DNA from: Macrostomum lignano
Lineage: Eukaryota
Length of the DNA stretch: 64,000 bases
Direction: 5' to 3'
Assembly: GCA_002269645.1 (NCBI GenBank)
Contig: NIVC01001526.1
Span: 1-64,000, forward strand
The notes beneath the pieces are model-generated. The model was not told where the DNA came from. It was given only the letters and a program-made list of their open reading frames with translations, and did not search any database. Position 1 is the first letter of the stretch; every line of letters begins with the position of its first letter. The position numbers were made by a program, and so were the translations under genes. Of the stretch, positions 50,548-61,543 are shown piece after piece.

Positions 50548-52421
50548 CATAAATTTGGGGCTAAATTGGAATCTTGGCTTGGCTATGCTCATGCAATTAA
50601 CAGCCTTGGGACGCAACCAACTAGGCGCAGTGAATTGTACATGCCTTAACGATAAATAAAGTTCGGGCCACTGTACACTCCTGTGTGTGTTGCTCAGAGG
50701 AGTTGGTGGGATGGACAGAAATGCCTCTTGCCAATTGTGACAAAGTTGCTTAAACCGCACCAGGGTGCACACGACCTCCCTGTCTCTTATAAAATAAAAC
50801 CAAGTTAAAAAACGTCATGAGTTGCCACAAGGAAATTCTCTTGTTAGGAAGTTTATGTAACACAAAAATGGTCTTTAGACTGTTGAAAGTAAATCGTTAA
50901 AAAACTTCAAGTGGTTTCAAAGCCTTTGATTATCACTTAAAAAGTGAAAAGAAAAGCACAGTAGGGAATTTTAGGCTGGCTTTAAGGTAAAAGTGAAATT
51001 CAACTTGATTAAAAGGCTACTTTTTCTATGCAACGCAAAACATGAAAATTGATGTTAAAAAGAGCAAATCTGCAATGTTAGAAATCATATAATTGATTAT
51101 AGATAATTAAAACTACATTGCACACAGAAAAGCTAAATACCTTTTCATATTTTATGCTATTTAAGGATGACACTTACCAAGAGTAAGGGGCATGCACTAG
51201 ATAATCTTGAGTAGAAAACAGGTGTATTTTATATTGTTTAAATTGCATCAAATACATATGGTGAAAGTTACAATATAACTAGAAAACTATATTAGATGTG
51301 TTATTAATTTATTATGATAGTTGCATATATGTTACCAAATAATGAGTACATTAAGTGAAATAAATATTTTATATTTACCAAAATGTAGAATGCTCTACCA
51401 GCAGAAGGAACAATGACTCTCTTGATGTGAAAAGAATGATCAAAACAATTTAAAGTAGATAAAATTTTGATGATATAATATTAATTGCATACCTATGCTA
51501 TACTGATTAAATATAATGATATGAAAAAATTAGGAATTTCTTTAATATTTTCAATAGTGCTAAGTAATGCATTCACTCAAACTCAATCTATTTATCTACT
51601 GTGCTATACAAAAATTTTGTTACAATAATACCCAGAAGAAGAGAAAACACTAAAACAAATTATAAAAAATCCTAGCTAGCATGGATTACATTCAATGCTA
51701 GTTTAATAAATTAGACAGAAGTGCATAATAAGTGTGATATATCAATTAGTGCATAAATTAGGAAAAAATCCAGTTTAAAGTCCAGTCTTTAAAATCTAAG
51801 TTATTAGCAACAAATAACTAGACATTCAAATAGCCATTTTTAATTTAAATAAATCCAGCAACAGAATTTCATACTAAATTTATGAAAACTGGAATACACA
51901 TAGTAACAGCTTTGATTAGTCTTTACTATATAAGGGTTTTATAATTTAAAACCATGGAATCAATATTTAAGCAAAACTAATTAAGATGTGATTAAGATTT
52001 GCACGTCAACATGCTGCAGTAAAAATTTGTTAATTAGAAACAATTTGATGAATAATAAAAAATTAGTCATAATTTCCTGCTGCATTTATTTTATTAATAT
52101 TCTTCTTTTGATAAATTGACAAAGATGCTTTAGCTAAAACTTACAGATTTTAAAAGCAGAAAAGTTATGAATCCAAGTCCAAAAATTGCCTAAAAAGCAT
52201 TTAACAAACTGTATATACAAGCTATTATATGCAGTTTCATAACAATAAGAAACACTTGTGTAACACTAGGAAAAGTAATAATATAAGATAGAATGAATGA
52301 ATAAAAAATGGTAAAAAATGAACCTAGTTTAAACTAATCAACAACAATTACTTTGCTTTTTCATAATTAAAAAAGAAAATAGGTAAAAGGTTAAGGTCTA
52401 AAACAGAAACAATTGACTTAC

Positions 52422-52505
52422 AATTATATATGCTGCAACTTCAGGAATTGGTCCTTCGTCCATTTCATGTTCATTCCAGAAAACATGAAAAAAATTAAAG
52501 GCCAG
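52422..52505 (-). CDS. Candidate 84-nt exon of an unidentified AT-rich multi-exon gene
   Basis: gatttag| LAFNFFHVFWNEHEMDEGPIPEVAAYII |gtaagt, phase 0-0, open frame. Similar candidates near 51379-51420 and 51180-51210. Confidence 0.4.
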
Positions 52506-53659
52506 CTAAATCAGTTAAGGTGTAGTATCCATGGGTTCTTAATTCTATTTCAACAAGACTACCAACTAATAGCAAAAGCTCTTAAAATAGCCTAAAAATA
52601 CTTTATAAAAAGTAGTCAGCTAGGAGCCAAAATAGATAACCTTTTCTTGTTTGTTGGTCTTGTACCATTGTTTCGAACATTGATCAAGCTTCAAATCAGC
52701 CTTGGGCTTGTGATCACTCGTTTTACTTATTTTGAGTAGTAGATAGTGACATAGGAGTTGCCCCAAGATTGTGAGTTCAGTCCATTCTCAAAGAACAAGA
52801 CATCCAGATCTAGGAACTGAGAAATTGCCTTTAAAGGCAAGAATCCTACCACAGGGTAGAGTAGTCTAGACTCAGTCTGAGAAACCCGCCTCAAGGCAGA
52901 ATACCCAGCAAGTAAGCTGTGACCCTCTGATCCTGGGAACGCCCAGGACTGAGAGAATAATATCTTTAGAAGGGTATAGGAATAGGATAGGCAGTGCCTA
53001 AAGACCCCTCAGGCCAGAAAGTACAATAAAAATATACACACTACCAATAGAAGTACATATGCTACCAATAGAAGTATATGCGCTACCAGTGGAAAGGCAA
53101 TTAATAACCAATAAGATCATTAGGAAGAAATAACCACTTTGGTGACAGGATAATCAACAATAGGAAATTGAAAAGTATCCCTGTGACAACTTTGGTGGCT
53201 AACCAGTGGGATTATTTATAAGGACAGAAGTAACCCCTACATCAATTTACTGAACTTTTTTAGGAATATGCTCTTCAACTAAATAGCATTATTACCAAAT
53301 GAAAAACTATGGCTTTTTATTACTGAAAGTATTAGCATCTAATGAAATTAATATATATTTTTATATATATTTATAATTTTATATTATAATCATATTTGTA
53401 TTATATAATACAATGAAAAATCAAATTATTAAGTATAATCAAATAGCCAAGGTATTAAGGTAAGTTTCAAAAATTCCAACCCTAAAAATATAAATATAGA
53501 ACTTTAGCCAGTTGTGTGTGTGCCAATAGGAAAGAAGTGGCTATCTCTACTCTGCATTTGTGATCCTAACAAGTGAATCCCCTCCTTTGGAGGGGAAAAG
53601 GGAAGAACTCCCATCACTGGAATTTCATTCCCTGAAATTCATCAGCTAAATCCTATGAT

Positions 53660-54135
53660 CTTAATCCTCTCCAAATCTATTAAAATCCTCTCTGTGAAAC
53701 AATACTCCATCAAAATCCTCTTTTATGAATAGAAATTCATCAAAATCCTTTCCTTGAAAGTCCTTTCCTTGAAATGCAACTCTACCAAAATCCTTTCCAT
53801 GAAACTTAAATCCATCAAAAGCCCCCTAAGTCCTAGTGTAATGGGAGTCCATCAAAATCTTTGTTGTCAAACAGACAGTCATCAAAATCATCTCTGTAAG
53901 ACAGAAATCTATCAAAATCTTTTCCATGATAGTGAAAACAATCAAAATCCTCTCCATCAAATAGAAATCCATCAAGATTCTATCCATAAAACAGAACTCC
54001 ATTGAAATCCTCTCTGTGAAACTGAAAACATTGAAATCCTCTCTCTAAAAGTGAAAACCATCAAAATGCTCTTCATAAAAAATAAATCCATCAAAATTCT
54101 CTCTGTAAAACAGAACTCTATCAAAATCCTTAGTG
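53660..54135. repeat. Old degenerate ~30-40-bp tandem repeat
   Basis: Recurring CCATCAAAATCCTCTC...GAAA cores. Confidence 0.7.
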
Positions 54136-55095
54136 AAACTGAAGGGCTGAGAGGCTTGCAAGTTTGTTCATTGAATTTTATTGCTGAACTAATACATAGG
54201 GACAATAATAAAACCAATTGAATCTTGACACAGTCTTATCTTAGAGGTTGGGGTGGATTTTTATACAAACAGACCACCAAACTTTTTACCTTAAAAGGGC
54301 TAAAGAAGGTTAAAAGCAGTTTTCTACTTTTTAGGGATCTTAATAAAATGTGAAAATGAAAGATTAAAATAGCCTAAAGCCGATTCCAGAAAATTTTCAA
54401 TTTTCCTAAATAAGTTTTAACATTGACTTGCTAGTATTTTAGGAGGAGTTATCTAACACATATATATATACAAACAATATATCAGTTTTAGTAGAAGTAG
54501 ATAGGTTAGAAATTGAATGCAAATGAGTGACAATTGTTTGATAGACTAGGACTTGCACCACATGGTTTATTGAGGGGTCATCTTAATGAATCATCATCAT
54601 TTATCTTTAGAATATCTTAAATAAAGCAAATCTTCATAGCTAAAATCTTCTTGAAAAAACTAAACAAACTAATCTTATATAGTGCATTCAAATAAGGTAC
54701 TAACACAAAATGCACTGTTGATGTGACAGCTTGATTTGGCTACTTTGATATGAAATTTGAAATTGTAGGCCTAAAGAAATAGGCCACAAATATAAGGTCA
54801 AAAAGATCCATATAATTGATATAGCTTTGATAGTAACAGCTATAAAAAGTAGTCTATCAAGATTACACATACCTACTTTCAATATATACCTGACATATTA
54901 AGCTTTTAGAATGTTTCATAAAGTTCTAGGATAATTTTTTAGAAACTATAAGAATATTTTTGTTTACTGAGATACAATAGTTCCTTTAAATATATTATAC
55001 ATATATAATATATATACTATATAAATATATACTAGAGTAGCTATTAAATAGGTTACAAATTAATAGCAAAGTCCAAACTTATATCTTAACATGCG

Positions 55096-55642
55096 CCATA
55101 GTCTATATCATGTCATTTACGCCGGAGATTTCTGGCGTAAATCTGGTTTGGGATTGGAGGCTAGCGTAAGTGCTTGGCGTAAGTATAGGCCAAAATGTGC
55201 CTTGGCGTAAGTGCTTGGCATAAGTACATAGCATAAATCAAGTGGCGTAAATGTTGGCACAAATGAGATCATTCACAATCAAATATATCACTATAGAACA
55301 TTACACATATGCGTTAATTATGATGTTAAAGAGCAGCATTAAAACAAAGTTCACTAAAATATTGCAGTTTATATAAATGAGATAGCAGAATATCTATTGT
55401 AGGATAGCAAAAGTTTTTTTAGCTTCAAGATGCTTACTTTGATTCTTGATTCAGAATTTGCAACTTGTGAGATTTTTAAACAGTTGCAACTTCTGAATTT
55501 AATTAATCACCGAATTGTGAGGGACCTTTTTTGGGTGGCGTAAGTCAGAGTAACCTTTTTTTGGTTGGCGTAAGTCTGGCATAAGTGCCAAAAAATGTTG
55601 GATTTTTCCTCCGGCATAAGTCCAGCATGATCCGGACTATAG
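55096..55642. mobile_element. Non-autonomous DNA transposon (MITE), CCATAG-type TIR, 8-bp TSD AACATGCG
   Basis: TIRs CCATAGTCTATATCATG.../...CATGATCCGGACTATAG, flanked by identical AACATGCG; internal GGCGTAA repeats. Confidence 0.85.
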
Positions 55643-55855
55643 AACATGCGTAACCTAATTTATATTGGCCATACGACTTAATTTTTTACTAATGAATTTA
55701 ACAATGTCCAATGATAAATTTATATATAAAAGAATCCCTAAAGCAAAAAGTAATACAATTTTAGATTCTTGGGTAAATATTTAGAGTAGGTCTAACTCTA
55801 TGACTTTTATTAATTTAAACAAAGCTAAATACCTTGTCATCTAATTAATTAGTTA

Positions 55856-56552
55856 CCATACTCAGGAAGGTGGCCTGCACGCGGGAATTTTCCCGCATGC
55901 ACAAGCCACGCTAAAATTTTGGCGTGCAAAGTTGGCGTGCAAATAGGGGTCTCAAGCCACGCCTAAATTTTCAGTGTACAAGTTTTTTACTTGGCGTGTA
56001 ACCTTGGCGTGCAATTACAAACTGACAGTATATCAACAAGTCAGATATAGATGTATACACTATATATATACAATATATAAAGTTAAACGTGAACAATTGA
56101 AATTGAATATTGATTAAACCAACTAGTTGAGGCTATAGCCTAGCCTACAGGGCCAGGCCTACACTCTACAGCCTACATTAAAATTAAAATATCCAATGAC
56201 TTTTAAACACTCTTATTTTGTGATAGTGACTCTTGTAGACTTTTAGTTTATTTGTTTCTTGAAATGTGAAGAAAAAGTTTTTGATACTCACTATGTTCTT
56301 TGTAGCGAATTTCCTTTTTTTATATAAACTTTGTTTACTGTAAGTAGAAAATTTATTTAAAAATTGTATCTAATACGGTTAATATTCAAATCACACATAC
56401 ATGAGGCGTACATGATTTTTGGTATTCAAGATTTTTGGCGTGCAACAGAAACGTCATGTTAAGGGTTTTAAAAAATTGGCATACATTGGCGTGCACCAAG
56501 GATTTTTCCATAAATTGATTCCCGCGTGCACTTGCCACCTTCCTGACTATGG
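55856..56552. mobile_element. Non-autonomous DNA transposon (MITE), CCATA-type TIR, 8-bp TSD ATTAGTTA
   Basis: TIRs CCATACTCAGGAAGGTGGCCTGCACGCGGGAAT / ATTCCCGCGTGCACTTGCCACCTTCCTGACTATGG, flanked by identical ATTAGTTA; internal GGCGTGCA repeats. Confidence 0.9.
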
Positions 56553-57794
56553 ATTAGTTACTTACTAATCTATAGGCCTATTCTTTTGGATAATAATTTT
56601 TGAAATTTAACCTTGGTCTACTATAATTTATAGAGACCAGATTGGCTAAATCATAGGGATTCCAAAATCCCAACAATTTACAATCCCAGGTTTGAGAAAT
56701 CCTGAAGGTTTAAAATCTTGGGATCACTAATCCTAGAAAATCCCGACTGAGAGTAATCCCGGGATCCCACTTTGAAGTTCAAAAAAATCCTGGGATCCCG
56801 TCCTGATATCAAATGTATTGAAACATCTGCATCCAGCTTCCACCACGACCACAAAGTAAGTAAAATAGTTAAAATTATTATTAATGATGATATTTATAAT
56901 GATAGCTAATGGTTCAAACTGGTATATTTACGCAATAAACTTCTCTTTGCTTAGTTATTGTACAAATAGAAATAGAAAATTGTTTGATAATAATAAATAA
57001 TATGTATCCATAAAAGATCATAAATTATAATTGATTACAACAATAATAACTTGTTTTAATATAGGTTATATTTTATATAGGGGCCTAGCTAGCTATGCAA
57101 TATCAATGTAAATTATCAAAGTAATGTCATGTTTAATGCCTCGTTACAGTGTTAGACATCACGCAACTGACGAACATGTGACATTAAATTAGGGCCTAGT
57201 AGTACTAGTAGCAATTGGTTAGGCCCTATTGTAAATTCATTACTATTTTTGCTATTGCCTATTCGCTTTAATTGTCATAATATTGTCATTAGTAACACTT
57301 TTTTGCTGGGTATTGCTTTTTATGGCTGCAAAATTCCATATCTGTTCTGATATTCCAAATAAACAGCTAAAGGTTACGCAACTACTATCGATGAACTTAA
57401 ACTACGTCCGATTTATGATGACTTATGCATGTTGCGTATAAAAAACTTTTCTTAAGGAAAAGAACTTAGATTTAAATTATTACGTTAGTTTTAGCAAATT
57501 TAAAAAAATTGCAATGAAAATGTTAAAAAACAACACAAAACACAAAAAATTCAAGGCATTACAACAGTTAAAAGCTTGATTTGACATACTGTGCCGCCAG
57601 ATAAAATCACACGACTGACTTACAAAGGAATGAAAGTTGATGACAATTAGTCTAGTGAGTCGTGATGAGTGATGAGTGATGATTACACGAAATTTAGTTC
57701 TATTTAATAGCAGTGTCAACAAACTTTTAAAAGGACTTGCAAGATGCGGTGTGAAGGCTTCGAAGCTCAAGACGCATGTGCGGTAGCCATGTAC

Positions 57795-58090
57795 CATGGC
57801 TCCCAATGTCAAGGATCTAGTGGTGGATCTAGTGGCTCACAGCGTCAAGGAAAGGTCTGATCTCGTGTGGCTCCCAGCGTCAAGAAAACGGCTGATCTGG
57901 TGTGGCTTCCACGGCCCTGCGTCAAGGGAACAGCTGATCTGGTGGCTCAAGACGTCAAGGAAACGGCTGATCTGGTGGCTCAAGACGTCAAGGAAACGGC
58001 TGATCTGGTGGCTCAAGACGTCAAGGAAACGGCTGATCTGCAGGTGGCTCAAGACGTCAAGGAAACGGCTGATCTGGTGACTCGCTGCTT
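57795..58090. repeat. Degenerate ~33-bp tandem repeat
   Basis: GATCTGGTGGCTCAAGACGTCAAGGAAACGGCT units; one frame reads ADLVAQDVKET. Confidence 0.85.
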
Positions 58091-58533
58091 CAAAACGTCT
58101 CTGTGGCGATCCAGACGTCAAGGAAACGGCACTGCGTGTTAGCGCCAGACCCTTCAAAGAAACGGCTTTGGCTGGCTCCCAGTGTCGAGAAATCGATTCT
58201 GCATGCATGCATGGTGGTTCCCGACGTCAACGATGCGACAGCTCATGGTTGCTGTCCATGCACGCCTAGGCCGGACGGTTTAACCTTAAGAAGTCGGGAA
58301 GGTACGTAGTTTTCGACCACTTACATGTACAACCCAGCGCAGTCGGTTCAAAATATCTATGGCCAGCGCACAAATTCTCTACCCACCGTTGCAGTCGGCT
58401 ATGGGTCGAACTCGACCAATAATAGAAGTAAAGCAAACAAGCTTTGCAAAGATGGCTCGTATTAACAGTAACAACCACAGCAGTAACAAACTACAAACAT
58501 AGCGGGAAAGTTTCATTCAAATTTCAAAAGCAT

Positions 58534-58815
58534 TTAAGCTTTCTCGGAGTCCGAGTCAGCGCTGTCGTTGATTTCAGACTCGTCGGTGTTGGAATCAAGA
58601 CCGAGTCTGCGTTTTTTAGCCAGTAAAGCCTGCGGTTGGAGGTCTTCTCGAAGCCATGCCTTTTGAAACACTTTGGGAATGTTGCGGATTAATATAAAGC
58701 CCCATAGGGCCATGGCTAAGCGCAAGCTTCTGCCCCTATAGGCACGTTTATGACAGATTTCTCCAAAAATGACGACAAGATGTGTCATGAAGTCATTTTT
58801 TGTTACTGATGTCAT
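58534..58815 (-). CDS. Possible small ORF (93 aa) with basic-then-acidic tail
   Basis: Ends KKRRLGLDSNTDESEINDSADSDSEKA*; higher GC than the flanks; no homology recognised. Confidence 0.3.
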   Translation of the reverse strand: MTSVTKNDFMTHLVVIFGEICHKRAYRGRSLRLAMALWGFILIRNIPKVFQKAWLREDLQPQALLAKKRRLGLDSNTDESEINDSADSDSEKA

Positions 58816-60166
58816 TTTTTATGTGTCATGAAAAATGACAAACGTCCTTTTTACAAGTTAATCTGAAAAAATGAAGCGCCTTTTCACCCGCTAAGTATTA
58901 CTGAAGTTTCAAAACTAGTAGTATGATATTAAAGGAGTTATTAGGGCATAAAAATATGACGGGAACAAACAAAAAATACGGGTGATTGCACATACGTAAA
59001 AATGACAAATATGACACACCTTCCGGCTTGAAAATAGTGTACTATAGTATACTAAATTTTTACAATCTTTTTGTTTTTAAAACATTGTAGATGCAAAGTG
59101 CATAGTAGTTATGCAGATAATTGAATAAAAAGTGTTTTGTAGATGAAAAATAATATGTTTTTTCTTGCACCAAAAAATTGCATGTGTTTGAAATATAGTA
59201 TGCTTTGACATTAGTTGGAACTATAAAGAACAGTACGATAGACGACAAAAAGTGCACCTGCTGTAAATTTATTGTATTGAAGATGCGCATCTGCATTCTT
59301 TTAATTTGTACTTCATTTATTCTCATTATATACTAAAAAAGATAGCCTTAATACGCAATATTTTTATCCTTTTTGTTATCTTATTTATTTTAACTCGTCC
59401 ATAAAATATAAATATAATTAATGCCATGAAGCAACACTCAATAGTGGCCTATAATTATAATAACTTGAAATCTTTCTATCACTTTATCACTCATTGTGGT
59501 TATGTTCTAAAAATTATCTGTGCATTTATGCATGTGTAGTCATATAATATTGCATTGAAGTGAAGTTGAATAGTCAAATATTTTATTTATTTTGTTTAGT
59601 TCAGTATAATACTTATATATAAATTTGATTTTGTTAAATCTTAACTTAGTTCAAAGGTAATAAGTGTGTTACCTATAACCTTTAAACAGACAGAATTGTC
59701 TAATGATAACTAAATAATGAAATGAATAATTGGATAATAAATGGTTTTTGTATCTGTACCATTATATTCTCATAACATATCCTATTATTGAATTACTTAT
59801 TTCTATGAACTTCTTGTGGCAGGCTTATTATATATTAGATATTTCTGTTTTAGTGAATAATAAATTAATATGTATAAGCCTATATATAAAGCAAGTTGAT
59901 ATTCAAAGTGCCTATAGTAAATATGTAATAACTATTTATTAATACTCTAATAGCAATGACATATGGAATATAGAAAAGTAAATTAAGAAACTTAAGAAAA
60001 TAAATCTACCTTAGTTGTCTAGCTAGCAAAGAAAAAGTTGATTAATAACTTTCTTTAGGCCTATTATAAATAATTTATTCATTATCCCTATTGGAATAAA
60101 TGTTTAAAACCCGCAAACATGCGCTTTAGAAAAGAGTCAAACTATTTTACCACGCTTTAGGATTAT

Positions 60167-60478
60167 TAGAGATGTTCCGAAAGATCTGCAGTTTCATCGA
60201 AATCAAAATTCGCTAACTTTCCAAAATCAAAATTGAAATTTCCCAAAATCATAATTTAGAAAAATAAAGTTTAGTATGATCAACACTCACTTTTTCACTT
60301 TCAATTTACTGCTTAAGCAAAAAGTAATACATTTATATGTAGTAGAAATTAGTTTATTTTTAGCAACTTTTTAGACACTACCAAAATTTTCACTTTTAAA
60401 TTTTTTTCAAAATTGAAATTTGCTATAAAAAAATTTCAAATTTTGGAAAATTGAAATTGAATTTTTGGAACATCTCTA
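60167..60478. mobile_element. hAT-like MITE
   Basis: TIR TAGAGATGTTCC...GGAACATCTCTA; 8-bp flanks partly similar (AGGATTAT/AGCTTAAT); subterminal AAATTGAAATT repeats. Confidence 0.7.
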
Positions 60479-60692
60479 AGCTTAATAAATTATGAGTGTA
60501 TAAGCCCTTTCCACAGAGGTATTATATCCATTTCCATATATATGTATTTGCTAAAGCAGCAGCCAGTAAGAAAGGGCAGCGCGCGCACAGGCGCTGCACC
60601 TGTGCACGCGCTGCGCTTTAGAAAAATTCCAAAAGTGCGCCGGACATTGTCTGTGGTTTTACAACTTTTTCCTATAGGGTTCATTATTTATT

Positions 60693-60830
<138 letters not shown>

Positions 60831-61543
60831 TTTATTATTTATTTATTAACTTATTTCAATAATGATTAATGATCAGATTAGAAAAGTTGACTTTTAGTAG
60901 GACCTAGGAGGCCAAGATAGTCTAAGTATAAAAAGCCTAAAGATTTAATAAAATTTAATAGTAGTAGATCTAGAATTTCTTTTTGGGAGGTAGTCCAAGT
61001 TTGGGATGCAAATACGAGTATGAGAAATACCAATTTTTAAGCTAAGGGATAGATTTAAAGATAACAAATCAAGCTTAAAGGCATAAAAATTTGTATTAGG
61101 GGCAAAATCAAGTTTAAAAGGTGTAAACTTAGGTTTATAGGGGGTGAAATATGTTTTATCAAGCCATTTTAAGGGAGATCCCCCATGGGCCATCCCCTAC
61201 CCTCTAATTCACCCCTAGAATATAAAAGGTATATTTAAATATAGGCTAATGAATAAAAGTTATATGAGTACTTATCTATAAAATCATATAACAATAAAAA
61301 CAAAAACAATATTATAAACAATTATTATGCTTCAAGCAAAGCCAAGTCCTAGATACAATATAATTATATTTATAGATATAGAAAAAAAGACTTTTTATTT
61401 AAGTAAATAGTAAATATCTTAGTAAATATGGCATTGTAAAATAATGTAAAATAACTATATCAAACAATATAAAAACTACTGCAATATTTTGGGTTTTGTC
61501 ATTATTAAATTTGAGATTTGCATTGAAAAACACTTGCAATTTC

